Source: Polymyxa betae A26-41 (taxonomy: Eukaryota > Protista > Endomyxa: Phytomyxea). From it: 64,000 bases of DNA. A model generated the notes under the pieces. The model did not search any database. It was not told the origin of the DNA and saw only the letters and a list, made by a program, of their open reading frames with translations. The DNA lies in the NCBI GenBank assembly GCA_003693705.1, contig RBZT01000409.1, positions 57,514 through 121,513 on the forward strand, read 5' to 3'. Below are positions 1 to 14,354 of the stretch, in pieces. Made by a program: the position numbers and the translations under genes. Each line of letters begins with the position of its first letter. The stretch's first letter is position 1.

Positions 1-3000
1 GGAACAGCACCGTCAAAGAGCGCATCGCTTAACTGTTCTAATTCTGAAGACATGACCACAAGTCCCACTGTCAAAAAGAAATTAGAGATCTAGAATTAGA
101 AGTGTATGGTAAGCTGACCCAGCGCTTTTTGCAAATCGGTTAATGAATGACGTATTATGCCAATGAGACGGTTATAACGAATCAGTTCCTGGCATAGAAC
201 CGTATTCATGCTTTCTTTATAGTTGACGGGGAATCGAATCTGAACTGATTCTAGATCAAACGCCGCTGGGACTTTTAACAGAATATCGCCGGCAATCTCT
301 CCAACAATCTCTTCCTAAATAGCAATTGCTTAATAATCTTCGCTCCCCACTTCTTTCCCAAAACCTTCGATTTCGATCCGGCACTTGCAGATCTTGCTTG
401 TGTCAGCAGAATAGATTTCAATAACACTGTTGTCTCATTTCTGTCTTTTGTGATATCGGCGTTATCGTGCAGGCCGAATACTTCTGGCCTCGCAACGCTG
501 GGAAACGACCGGCAATGTTCAACATAATGTGTATAATTGCTTGATAATTCTGGGACCTGGAATTCACTTGTGTCAGGTTTCTAATCTTACTGTACAGCTT
601 TTCAGACCTGGTAAAGACCTGATTCAGACAAAGGATGGCCTTTAACCAGGATTTCTGCGCCGATACAGTTCATCAGAATCTCAATAAGTGTTCGACGATC
701 CCAATCGTCAGTAACACGCCCACCGTAATTGCACTGCCCGATTAGGTAACGGATAGCCTTATATGGGATTGTTTCTACATCCTCTGCGTGGCTTACAAAC
801 ATGTGAAGCTGACGAACACTGATTCGTAGATCGCTCTCATTAAATTCGTAAGGGATGTTCCAACCCAGAGGACCGAATGACCGTCTTTCCTGAACTAAGG
901 CATGGAAAAAACATAATCCATACAGAAGCGATGCCCTATATAAAGATTGCAGGTTCAATATATGGTCAAGACACTGCAGCCAGAAGGAGAATACATACCA
1001 TTGCGGCTGATGGTTGCAACCGCCAAAGAACTCGGGATCGCAAATCGGATCCCGGCTATATGACGCTAACAAATTCGCTTTCAAACCTTTAGGTGGTTCA
1101 TTCGTCATTTTGACAGCACGTTGCAGAACCGATACTGGGAAGCGATCCGATGGGTATGACGTTAACCATAGACGATAATCTGCATGGGCTCCGGATGCCC
1201 TAAAACCGTTTACTATCCAGCATCAAAATTGACACTCGCTTACGTCGTAGATTCGATAATTCGCTCTAATGTCGGCATCCAAGAGATTGCCAGATGACAA
1301 TTCTGTAGAACGATCCAAGATCCACGAATCTGTCCAGTCTCAATCAAACTAGCTGCCAGCGGTCCCTGTTAACTTTCAGAAATCAACTGTAGTCAGATTG
1401 CTGCTGCCCTTACCTGGCCTTGACCCAACGATATGGATTCCAATCGTGAGCTGAGTCCGAGATCGGCTGCAAACTTTATCAGACTCGATAACGGATCCTA
1501 TGTCAAAGTTTAGGATGTGCAAACGACAAGCAAAAACGGAAACATACAGATCCCGGCGAAAGAACGAACAGAAGCGGTATGGAACTGTCTGCGTCTTTGA
1601 AGGCGGCGGCCAAATCAAAAGGCGGAATTTCGACGAACTTTTGTCCAAGGTGCTCGGCAATGAAGTCGCGAACGGCAGGGACGATCTTATCAGGACGCAA
1701 ACAGCGCAATACAAGCATTTTTTGGAATGAAGTCAAACCTATACATAAGTCAACACGAGAAATTCAGTGAGTACTGAATTGAAGATTACCAGGTTGTAGG
1801 GATCCTGGAAACCGAGTCTGATGAGGCTCAAAGGAGTCAAACACGTGTTTCCAATCGTTAGCATACTCTCGAAAGGTGGATGCAAGCGTAGCGAATTCAG
1901 TAAAAGTAGCAGATAAACGCTGAATCTCAAGCCAGGCTGTGGCTTGCAACCAATCCGGACACGGGTTTGCCAACATCAATAAGTCAGCATCGACTGATAC
2001 GCCGCCTGTACAATCTTTAGCACTGGTCGTAAGTGTCGACCATATTCAAACCTGTAAGCAGCATCCGCCATTGCTCTGGCTGGATTTGGCCACGGGCCTT
2101 TAGAAGATTGGCAGTTAGAAGGAAAGCAAATAACAATTTATCCTTTTCAAAAAGTGATCGGCAGACCGCACCGAACAAAGAAAAAGTGAAATGGTCGTTC
2201 AAGTTCTGAAGGCGTGACTCTAAAACGTTGGATGCCTCTGCGGCCTCAATGGCCTTTTCGTACATATTCAGGAACCAGCTCAAAGAATATTGATACATCG
2301 GATCCACATTTGCAAGATCCGCAATACAGAAGAACAGTACCGAAGAATGAAATGCTACCGGTTTGTAACCCATCCGAGCAGTATCGATCTGCATACTGTT
2401 TTCAACCGACGATGGGCAGCACTGAGCACTTTCTTACTTCTTTCTCAGTCTTATCAGAGATGCGTTGCTTTTCGGCAATATCGTTGGAGATTTGTTTCGA
2501 CGCAGAAAGAACTTGAATTGCGCTTTCGTCATCAAGAATACTTCCCTCAGACGACGACAGAACCTAAACGGAAATTTGTCAGATGGACAATGCAGTGATT
2601 CAGTAAAACTGACCCGCAGAATCTCATCTTCTATGTCTTTTAGATTCTTCTTATTCTCTGCACTTTGTACTATCAGCCGGTTCTTTTCAGCCTGAAGTTC
2701 GGGACGTTCCCTACGATATTCTGCTCAGTATTTACAGAAAAGAACAGCAACTGTAGATAAACCCCATATTAACTTGTAATGGCTGCTCTCAAAATACTAC
2801 TTTGGATGGTCGAAACTAAAACTTACTTCGCAACAACAATTCCAAGAAGCTGGTCCTCGAGACCATCAGGTGTTATCATAAAATTCAGCAAGGTGACTTT
2901 TGTGGAGAGCTCAGGAAGATAATGTGGATTTCGCATCTTCGAAGTGATGTAAAACCTAATTGTAATAAGCTACTGATTTGGTACCGTCAACAAAATTCTT

Positions 3001-6000
3001 CTACCTGAACTGTTCTGAGTATTCGATTTCAGCATCACCCAATTTGATCATCACCAGGCCTCCTTTGCGGTATGTTTGCTGGAGCAGAATGGGTTCCAAG
3101 GTTGGATCCAGTTCTTCGCCGACGTTTTCCAATAGGACTGGGATGCCAAACTGCACCGAGCCTAATCGAACTGTCACAAATCGAATTGCAATGGCCCAAG
3201 GGTTTTACCTTCCAATCGCCTAGCGAAATCAGCATCTGTAAGTTTGATAACGACCAGCTTCTTATCACGCTCTTTATGTTTGATCCAGGCGTTCGCTTGA
3301 CCCTATTTCTCTTAAATTCCAAATCAAAATTCAACTTGGCAATCAACCTGAGGATCGATCATAAGAGGCCATCGTCTTGCTTTTTGAATGATGATAGCAT
3401 TGTCAATAGAGAAGGAGTCATTTGGAAGTCCATCGAGAACCCACTGACGAATATGAACAGGGTCGCCTAATATCTTTTCATTAGCTGAATATCAAAAAAA
3501 GGACAAAAAAAAACCTAAAGCGGAGGCCAGATTAAACCGATCAGCACACTGAAGGGACGAAGCGCGACACATCTGCGCCCACGATTCGATACATTGTGAT
3601 CGATATGCAGCAGTGAATGCTCCCAAATAAGCAATAGCTCCTGACGAAAGAACAATGTCTCCAACTACTTGTTCATATTGACGGCTAAGTTGAGCGGCGG
3701 CCTCGGTCCAACGTTCTTTTTCACCGCCAAGACCACCGATCAGCTGCTGACCGCGAACCAGTTTCTTGCCGCATAAATCCACCTGGGCTTCCAGATCTGA
3801 CTTTTTCAGCTGCATCGATTGCAATTTTTCATTTAAGGCGGCGACCTTGGCTTGAACGCTTGCAAGCTCTGCTTGCTTCGCTAACAGGCCCTTCTCGACC
3901 TCCGAGTACTCCGCCTTGGCATTATCAAGCGCTTCACGCTTCGGACGAATCGTGTTAGCAACCTCATCGTATTGGTACATGGCTCGAACCCATGAGCACA
4001 AACCAAAAGCTGCCTTTGAAGCTTTTTTAACAGAGACTGGATCGAACAGTGGGTCATCAATATAGGTCGCAATCTTCTTGATGGTATCTCGCGGAATGTT
4101 GTCTTTGTCAAATGATGACAGTGTCGCCAATAGCTTAGGATCGCTTAGCAGTTTCTTCTTTGCTGGGTCCCAATAATCTTTGACCATTTTCCCGGTGGCA
4201 TCCGGCGTCCGTGTTGGCGGAATATTCGTCATGACGCAAACTGCCTCCATGACGATCAGAACACCGGCTGGAGGGCTCTTCATTGCCTTCACTTCAACCA
4301 GATCACTTTTTGTTAAAGTGTTGAGGGCGGCTACTGCAGACTCTAAAATCGGCATTGCTTGAGCCAATTCTGCGGCGCATTCGTCAGCGATCGCTTTTGC
4401 AGCGGCTGCTTTCTCGTTCGCGATTGCTTCCTCTTTCTCAACACTAAACTTAATCGCCTGAAAAGTTTGAGCAAGAAGTTCGAGTGACACAGCAGACAGC
4501 AAACCTCGGCATCGGCCGTCTCCTTGTCGACTTGGACGATCATCTCATCGGTTTCTTGGCCCGTTCGAATAAGAACAGGTCGCAGCTCTTCGATTTCCGT
4601 AAGCATAGTCTTGACTTGATCGCCAGTTGTAGCCAATACTTGTAAGCCGCCTTCATATCGGCGTTTAGCAGTCATTATCTGTTTGACTTTCTCGGACAAG
4701 AGAGATTTAAACGACTTAATCAACTCCAGATAAGATCTGAAAGGTGTAAGCACAAGGTTCCAGCTATCAGGTAGCGATAGTTTACGATGGCGTTACGTAG
4801 TAATGTCGACGAAGCTCCTGTTTGAAACGTTTCGCAAGCTCATCGGTGGTCTGATGGAAGTTAACGCATAGAGTTACACAAGCTGCACGAGAAGATTCAG
4901 AGATGTCGACATCAGCGAGAGATTCACGGGCTACTGTTTCTATAATTTTCACACATTAATAGCTGAAGGTTAAGCGTTGATATGTCCATACCAAGCGCGT
5001 TTCTGGGCCATTGTTGCATCCAGTCAATAGTGCAGCAGTTGACAAATGACGGGAACATCCGCAACCGTGTTCGCAGGGCATCTCCAACCGGAGACATGCA
5101 GAGAATCAAGTGCAGATTTTGCCGAACCATATCAACGAAAAGGGACGTCAGTTCAGCAGGAGTCGGTTCAGAATCGCGCCTGCCTCGTTTAAAAACCGGT
5201 AATAGGTTGGTGCAAATTTCTGCTTTTTCATCGGAAGCAAAGAGATTCGGTACCTAAACAGTTAATTATTTGATTTGGACCGTCGAAACATTTCATGAAC
5301 AAACCTCTCCAGAATTTAAAATTGCATTGATATCCTCAAGGAAGACTTCCAATTTGATTTGAGAATCAGTGAATAGAAATACGGTAGGTTCGAGCTTCTC
5401 TCCAGCCATCCGTAGAATCCTTTTCAGATCTTCATGCCATTCACTAATACCATAGCTTTTTGTCATTTCGATCTGGAACAAACGATATCCCGCAACATGG
5501 GCAGCAAGGCGGGTAAGGGACTGCCGCCCAGTTCCACCAACACCGACCAAAAGTCCATGCCCTCCCGGTTGCTTAAGAATACGAGCAATACGAGATATAT
5601 GTTCCAGCGCGTAACGGAACAATACCAAATTGATTGGCGATCCCGAAATCTGATTATATTCCTCGAGGTGCATCATAAAGATTTCACGCATATGCACCAA
5701 ATCAACAACTTCATCGTAGGGTTTTCGTGTGCCTTTCTTCGTCAGGTAATTACCGAACATCAGCGCTCGAATCTATGGCGACTTTCAGATGTGAATCCAC
5801 AGTGAAAATATGATTACAGACCTCATCAACTGTATCAACACGACCATCATTATTGCGATCAAGACGGGAGAGACATGTGTCGAAGTCGACCTGAAGCGTT
5901 TTTGTTGTGGTATTCCGTACCCAATCGAGGAATTTGAAGGCGTCACCATCATCAATCAGACGATCGGCGAAGACGCGGTGAACTTCGTGAATCCATAGAC

Positions 6001-9000
6001 GTATCATCGCAAATTTATCATTGATTTCATCTGGGTGAGACATGCATAAACCTCGAATGACACCAGCAAAATCACGCAAGTTGAACGTGTAATGTGAGCG
6101 AGCTGGAGTGGGCAGAAGTTCAGCGGTTGCTGTTTGAAATAGGATTCGAGTTGAATCAACAAGGCGTCGGCAAAGAGCGGTCACTTCAGCGGTGAAGCCT
6201 TTGCCAAGATGCCAACCGAGAATAGTCTGAAAGATGGTCGTCAGACTATCATTGTCGAACGGAGTCATAGCCAGCTGCACAAAGTGTCGCGAAAGGCGCG
6301 GCGTGATCGCATGTCGGCCACCGCCAGCAGGACCCATGGCGCAGAGCAGTGATGTTTCTTGGATGTTTCTGAAAGTGGCATCTTTGACATCATACCAGCC
6401 ACCATGGTCCAGCCATTGACGAAGCAGCTCTAATGCTGGTTGGGCACCGAACGTTTCAGGTTTCGGCATATTTAAATCGTCAACAAAAACAATGCCAGTT
6501 CTATTCCCAGCTGGGCCGAACACGCCCTTACGTTTGCGTTCCATCTTGCTGTCGATGATTTCACGAGTCTGAGCAGCAGATGTTTGTGCCGAAAATGTGA
6601 GCAAAATTGGGGTGAAAGAGTCACGGCTCAAGCCAAGTAGAGTCCCAGAAATATAAGCAGTCTTGCCTGTCCCAGTGGGTCCAACAAACATTCCTGGAAT
6701 GCGGTGGCGTACGAGTAGTTTTGTCAAAGAAGAATAGCGGACCGAATCGATTGTGGGAACAATGATTTCTTGAATACGTGCATTCGAATCTATTGTGAAA
6801 CTTGACGATGTTAACCAGGAGGTCCAAGATGAGTTCACCCAGGTATAGTCATATACCAACCCCTTATCGGGAATCTTTGCCTGTAAATAACATTAGGACC
6901 CATGAATGAAACAGGAGAGTATCATACCGAAAGTTTCATGTCAGTAATCAAGTCGCGAACTAAGTCGCTCAACTGCTGCCGACCATCGAAATCAACGGTC
7001 CCACCCAACGACCAGATTAAGGAGAAAATGAACAGCGCCTCGCTATCTTTTGTGCTAACAGGTTCAGGGGCATCGGTCAGCATGGCTTGGTAGAGCTTAA
7101 AAAAGCTAGCGACGAGATTCATGTCGCTGCTAGGACTATATTCGGTGCATTTACGTCTCACAAGCTGTGAAAACAATATAACAAAAACCGCCACTTAAGA
7201 GAGATGACGCACCTCCAGACAGGACGGAACGAATCGCTTGAAAAGCACTTCAAAGGAACCAGAGTTGAAACTCGCCATGGCAGACATCGCCGCCAGCCAT
7301 GATTCGAGAAGCAACTTGGTCCCTATTGCCGACGATTCCATATAGACCATCCCACATCGCGACACTGTTGCTGGAGACGCTACAGCCAAATCGGCCACCT
7401 ATAGGCGATTTTAACTGCAATTCTTCCAGCAATGAACAAATTTGCCTCAAAGATCATGTTCATATCCGAAGACATTTGGATAATTTCTCCCGACATCAGA
7501 CACAACTTCTTATTATCATCCAAAACAGTATTCATGTTCTCGATCCAAAGCGTATCAACCGGACCATCGAAGACCACCTAAAACGCGTCAGCATAGCAAT
7601 GTTGCCTGTTGTACGAGATAATACCCATTTGCGATGACCCGATTCGGATGCAGCGAGGCGCCGGAAATGAATTGATAGAACACCATCATTCCATTCGTGC
7701 GATACAGGGTCAAACTGACCGTAAATTTCATTCAAAGTTATTGATTTTGGGTTGATTGTAACAACATCGACTGGGGAGCCAAGGACGACACCCAGCGATG
7801 CTGAAAGTGCACGGACAGCTGATGTTTTTCCAGAAATGGGACCACCGACAAGCATGAGCCCATGGCGAACTAAAATCATTTCATGCAGCTGTAAAATTTT
7901 TGTTAAGACCGCCGGAACGGGGCGCAATCCCAGCTGATCCAGAGATGATTCAATAGCACCAACTAGTTGACGATGATCAGGTGATAAAAGCTGTACTCCA
8001 GGGAACAGGTCGCCAACAATACCAAGGAACAGGCCGATATCATGAGTCAGGAATTTGGGGAGATTCACATCAGTGATTGATCGAAGCATCAAACAGCTCT
8101 CATCAGCCTCAGGTGCAGCACGTTTAAGATTGCCTGCCGCCGTCAGAACCGCTTTCACTGCTCTCATACCATAATCGTAATGGTCTTGTGATGATAATTG
8201 CTCGGAACAGAGTTTGAATGTGGCGACGATCTTACGGGCAAGGGAACGGGCTTCAAGAAACCCGAACGAATACAGAGTGATTTCAGCAATCATTTCATAG
8301 TTAGGTACCATCATCGCAACGGTTCGGAATAAGGCTTTTAAGTTGTCGGGAAGCTCAGAGCGACCTGCATAACCTGGATTCATCGTGATAAACACATTAC
8401 AGGTTGGGCGTAACCGCAGCTCAGTTCCTTCAAAACGGAAATGATCTACATGAGCAGCAACAGCTCGCTGAATAGAAAGTACTTGTTGGGCGACGACCGA
8501 AAGCACTTCAAGGTCGATTCGATTGAACTCATCAAAACACGCCCAGGCTCCACTAGAAGCCAAGCCTTTGAAGAACTTGGACATTGCCAGATAGTCCAAA
8601 CCGTCGGAGCAGTTAAACACAACACATTGAATGGCGATGGCTTTGGCTAAATCTTTGACAGTTTCGGTTTTTCCAGTACCTGCAGGGCCCTCAGGTGCTC
8701 CTCCAAGGTTGAATTGGATTGCACCCATTAATGTTCGATAGCATCGATCCGTCAGCGGGGTGATAACGAGTCTGTCGGAGTTACCAAGATATTCATAACC
8801 ATATTGAACTTCAGCGTTGACAATTCGAACTTTAACGGTGCCGTCATGCCAGTAGTAGCGTAATTGTGACTGCCACTCAAAGTCACCGATGGCAGGGACC
8901 TGGGCGTCGATTAGGGCCTGTACGGTATCGCGGGCATGAACGTCAACAACAACTAAGGCGCCTAGCGTGCGTCGCTGCAACTTGGTGAGAGGACCTCGAA

Positions 9001-12000
9001 CAAGACCCACAATCTCAGTTAGAGCCGCATTCGATTCAGTAAGGAAGGTCGGCAAAGTGCCAGCTTCAATATGCTTCTCAACGTTTCGTGTCCAGAAAAT
9101 CTGCGACCCAGCTAGTACGACTTGGCCGGGCCAGTTCAAAACCCAATTGGAGCGTGATTCTGCTACATATGCTGTCAATGATGCCTGCAGACAGGACTTG
9201 ACAGAAGCGAACATGAGCGTCTCGACGTCACTCAGCCAACGTTCAACGGAGCCATTGCTATCTTTAGCGTTCATAGATGTATTCAATGCCAGACGCTCAT
9301 CTAAAAATACTTTCAGTCGAATTACTTCAATTCAGTTATCGTACCTTCAGAAGAGAGCAGAGCTGTGATCTCCATATTCTCCTGGAACTCTAGTCTGGCG
9401 ACGCCTTCAAAACACTTTTTCAAGTGAGGCTGGACGCGGGTTGGGTCTTTAGTTTCGGATAAAATTTCCAGCAGCTCATCATTGGATAAAAAGAAGAATC
9501 TGTTTTGCAAAGTTAGAATCGTTGAGCATACTCTATAACCGAGACTTGACCTCGGGAAGAAAAGGCGCTTCGTCTCAAGATACTGATTCAAACCCTTTTG
9601 AATCTTATCAAGCATAGCTCGGCTGTTTTCTAATGTTTGCAGTAAACCTGGAATAGCAGAGACTGATCGAACTTGGGGTGAGGTAACCACCTCGGCCATA
9701 ACTGTACGCCAGGAACTATCGACCTGCTTGAACATTTGCCCTTCCTCTGGCATCTGTTTCATGATGTCATCTGAAGAGAATATCGGCTCCAAATAGAGCC
9801 ATGTAGTCTGCACTTGAGTCCAGTTATCAATAACATCTTGCATTGCGGTCAGCCAGCGCTCCCAATCACTGATTGCTTCTGCAAATGGCTTGGCAAATGA
9901 TGATCCTTTCATTGTTTGCGTTTTAACAATATGGTCGTCAAGCAGAGTTTGAATATCTTCAAGCCCGGTGCCAGCTAAAACATGGGTGCCAGTATCACGA
10001 TAAGGAGTGGTGCTGAACTCGACAGTGTTCCATTCCTTCTTCATGGCATCAACTGATTTCTCAATAGAGTATTCTTTCGAAGCCGAATCCGAAATTGTAG
10101 TCAGTTGATCAACCCATTTAACCAAGCCCATATCAACGAATCGTGTCAGACTTGTGTGATCATCAGGGCGAAGGTCGAACCCAACAGTTTCGGAGATAGC
10201 CGTCCAGTGCCTTGGTCGCATTCCTGGGTTGCAGAGGATCTCGATTAGCGGTTGATGAACCTTAAACTGGTCCAATGCGGTCTGCAGACGACATCAGCAT
10301 GATGAAATGACAATATGGAATTAAGAGGTCGATTGAATAATATTGAATGATACCAACTTGGTAATGTTTAGAATGCTCTAATAAGAAAGAAGTTTTTAAA
10401 ACAGAATGGATACAGCTCAAAAGTCAATTGGCCAAAAACAATATGTCAGACCTTAATATTGATGGCAACGGATCCGGCCGCCACCGTCAGCTGCCGCGAT
10501 AGCTTCATCGACATTCTCCACATTGAATCGCATTTGGCTTTAACCTGTAGACGTCAGTGAAGAAGCAACAATGACAAAGACTGGCATTACCTGTTCTGCA
10601 TTGAGAGTAAAAACGGGTCCATCAATCCAGTTTGTATGATGCTGGCGGAATTCCTGAACCAAAGCCCAGAGTTCTTCAAATGGCACGAGTTTCGATTTGC
10701 ATTCGTCCAACTGGGAGAATTCGCTAATCGGAATTCCAAGTAGTTCATCTTGTTCTTGGATACGTCGCCCTTCATCGCCTAATGACATTTGGGTTCAGAT
10801 GATGAACGCTTGTTTGCTGATATGTGCCTACTAGCAGCAACCAGGTTCTCTTTCAAGTTTCGGATAATCGTGTTAAATTCAGCCTCGCGTTTAACGTCCG
10901 TAAATTCGGCGAGATCGGCAATCTGCGCCGAATACGAATCAAGAAGCTTGGCGAATTTGTCTTTCCGGGCCTCGAACTGCCCTTCCATCTTGCGCCGCTC
11001 ATTCATTAGCTTGTATTTAAGATTAAACGAGGCCATCATGATGATTCGACTAGTTTACCTGCATGTCGGCTTCGCTGATAATGGCGTCAATTTTTTTGAC
11101 CCAGGAGAACGCCGATCCAGCATGGTTTAGGACTTCATCATTGACGAGATGATCGCAATCGAATAGGAACCGCAGCTCATCGGCCGAGTTCGCACAATCG
11201 CTCAGTAACCGCTTTAATGTCGTCTGCTTAAAGTTGTTTGAATACCGGACTAGTTCCACCAATTCCTGGCAACGGATTTCACTTCATTTTCTAAAAAGAT
11301 AACTAAGGTCTCACCTTGCTACTGGTCGGTTTCTTCAAAAGCACTGCCGAGACGGATTTGAATTCATCACAAATTACGACATTATGCTCAATGTTTCGAG
11401 AAGCCATGTAGGACAATATCTGTGGCAGGTCTCAGAGACAGATTTATGCCAGTATTTGCAAACCTGTTTGGAGAGATCCGTTGCTTTGCCAATCAGCATC
11501 TCGTTCACTTTACTACTGTCCAAAGAAATCATTCCACATCGAATCATATCTCGACTCTTCGATGTCAAGTCGGTAGCTAGAGCTCGAAAAGCCTCGATTC
11601 TGCAAGTTGTTAGTGAATAAGGATTGCAGACCCATGACAGTACCGGTCGCGAAATTCGTTCAGAGTTCTTGGCTGTGTCACCCAGTCCGCCAGGCGCTGT
11701 GATTCGTCCAGTAGGTAAGCGTGTTCGTCGTACAGGCTCACAATCGCTTGGGCGGACGCCGACGACTGCCGGAAGACGCGAATGATATCGTCACGCTGGG
11801 CCGAAATACGATCGTCATCGACTTTTAGGGCCATCGTCTTTGGATTGTCAAGCAATGGATAAAGCTTTGTCTCAACTCTTGGAAGGGCGTCAAAGCCATT
11901 CAGGATTGCGTCTAGGACCCGAGCGACCGCCGATTCAACTTCATTGGGCAGTACCTAAATGGTCTTGTTGAATAGGCGAGAATGGCACCACATGCACTCT

Positions 12001-14294
12001 GCACCTGCAGTTGGATTTTGCGACGCTGAACCACGAGACGAACCGCAAAGATTGGAGACATGCCGGGCTCGGGTCGTTCGTCCTGAATGATGTTGAGGAC
12101 AGAGGCGACCTGGTCGGGGGAGAAGGCGACGTCGTTTGCGTGGCGAAATCGAGTTAGAAACTGATGAAGTTGTCTGACACTCTGCTCCACAACTCCACGA
12201 AGCAGATTTGTCATGAGGGTCGCCAGCGATTCGAACAGATCGTCGTCTTTAGCGTCGGTGCGACCACGAAGGATATCTTCGACTTCCTTCATCTGCAAGA
12301 AATCAGACCGGAGCAACAGCCAGTATGAGCCGCCGACCCAATCGTTGGAGAAGTGGGCGATCTGGTCTCTTAAATGTGATTTCTGACGAGCTTCGAAGTC
12401 CTGTATTGAGATCGGTAGCTGTAAATCATTTGGCGTCCAAACGAGAGAGAAAGATTCATGACGGCGCCATGATTGCAGAATGGCAAGTGCAGCTGGATTC
12501 ACTGCAACATTGTTAGCAACATGTAGAATGCTATCAATCCTGCCATACTTGTATGGAGATGGGTGTCGAGATAGACCCAGGCTTGCTGGATTGAAGAACC
12601 CCATTCGATTGGGGGCGACGGCAGCGAGCGACATGAGCCCCAATCTGGGACAGGTCGCTCCGCCCCGGAACGAATCTTAAGACGAATGCACTCTTCAGGA
12701 TCACTAGAAAGACGTTAGGGTTAGGGTATTAATATCAGTCAATGATAATGACCGCAAGACATAGTCTACTATAGCTCGACGTACACTCAGATGATAGTCA
12801 GATCCTACTTCTGATAGCATATTGCGTATTAACATCTGAATAGAGGTGAACAGGTTTGATTCAGAGTCTACGGCGGCGCCGACCTCAACTTGGCCGGGCT
12901 TAACGGCGCCCAGATTTAGCTTCAATAGCCGTAGGATGTTCTGGATCCATTCGTCTCGGATCGGTGCAATATGGTTCTGATCAACGCCATGATGAATGTA
13001 GTACTGAGATGGATATGGATGTCATTAACTCGCCATTGATTGAAAGTGATACCAGACATTGTAACGCTGTCGTAATTGTTGTTCATCATCGCTGCCTGAT
13101 TCCGCCATGATGGATTCGAACGCCGGTGTCTTTTTCGATTCTACACCCGATGAATTCAACAGCAATCGCACCACTCTGTTTGAACTCGCTTTGAACGACC
13201 ACAAGCGTGCCTGTTAACCACGATTCAGTCTTGGTGAGGAGAGACGGCAGAACCACAACTTCGGGTGTGTAATATGAAGCAATTCTGGCGGAGAGCGATA
13301 ACGAGGAATGCCCCGACGAGAATGTCGCCGCTCGCGTGCGGCTGAAAGCATCTAGCACCGGCGGGTACAGATTCTAGATTGGGTTACTTCAAGCCATTAC
13401 CAACATCAAGAGCTCACTCGTTGATGTTCGGGTAGATCACGTAGACGGGGAGGTGATGGACATCTTCCGACCAGAACAACCTTATTAGTCGGCGATAAAG
13501 CCCTACGCCCCAATCGCGTTGACAGATCGCCATGACCGAGGAATCTCATTCCACTGCGCTCAGTATCATCATCGTGATCTTGTATTGGAACGCTTCCGAG
13601 ATTGTTCAAGACCCATGATAACCCCTCTATTGCAACCATCAGCTGTAAACAGGTTGAGATTGTGCAGTTGACCTCGAGGTTTCGTTCCGATATATGAATA
13701 TCGGGCCCGCTTCTGTCGGTGTTGAATGGCCGCGAGCGATTTCCGATTGTCTTCGGCGTCGTTTCGCAGCCCGTCCTGATCAGGGCGCACATGAAGAACC
13801 ATGGCAACGCGACGATCTTCGGCAACCAAAGTGGCAAATCCAAATTCGATGAGACACTGAGAGCGATTGGCAATTATCTCGCCAAGACGCTGAATTAAAT
13901 GCTGAACGGCCAGCTTCAATCGTTCGCGCTCGAGTCCCGGGGCGTATTTCGCCAAAGCCGACGTATACATTTTGACGACGGTGCTCGCATCGGTATCGCG
14001 AGCGACATTGTTCGTCTCCAGACCGAATTTATCTATGAACGACTGGAAAAAGGCGAACTGCGGCGGAGCGCCTGGTGTCTGGTTCATGACGCCAATCGGC
14101 GACATAATGAACGAATTGCCCAGCTCGAAATGGCGCTGTGCCCATCGCTGTACTGCCGTCCATGCCTCGGCGTAAGATTTGGAATTAATCAGGTTGGTGA
14201 GACGTAATGCTCCTCGTCCCGTCGTGATATAACGCCCAACGCAATCTTGGACCAGCGATTCGGCCGTCAGGATTGGGGCCGATGACGACGACAT
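1..14294 (-). CDS. DNAH7: Axonemal inner-arm dynein heavy chain, DNAH7-like, multi-exon; 3' end lies outside the window; N-terminal HU-CCDC81-like module
   Basis: AAA1 GPAGTGKT with CFDEFNR and [17 protein letters not shown]; AAA2 GGPISGKT; AAA3 GPTGTGKT; AAA4 GVGGTGRQ; stalk/MTBD (3492-4502); linker (9322-10275). N-terminal RYN|[14 protein letters not shown] and [15 protein letters not shown] resemble DNAH7. Exons are joined by ~45-55 nt introns. Confidence 0.95.
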
Positions 14295-14354
14295 GGCCGC
14301 CCAAAGAGCCAGTATGACTCGCAGCCCAGTACCGACAATGATTTCGGGTGTTTA

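Noticed and set aside
877-14207. Many plus-strand ORFs opposite the dynein
   Set aside because: Antisense shadow ORFs with no recognisable motifs.
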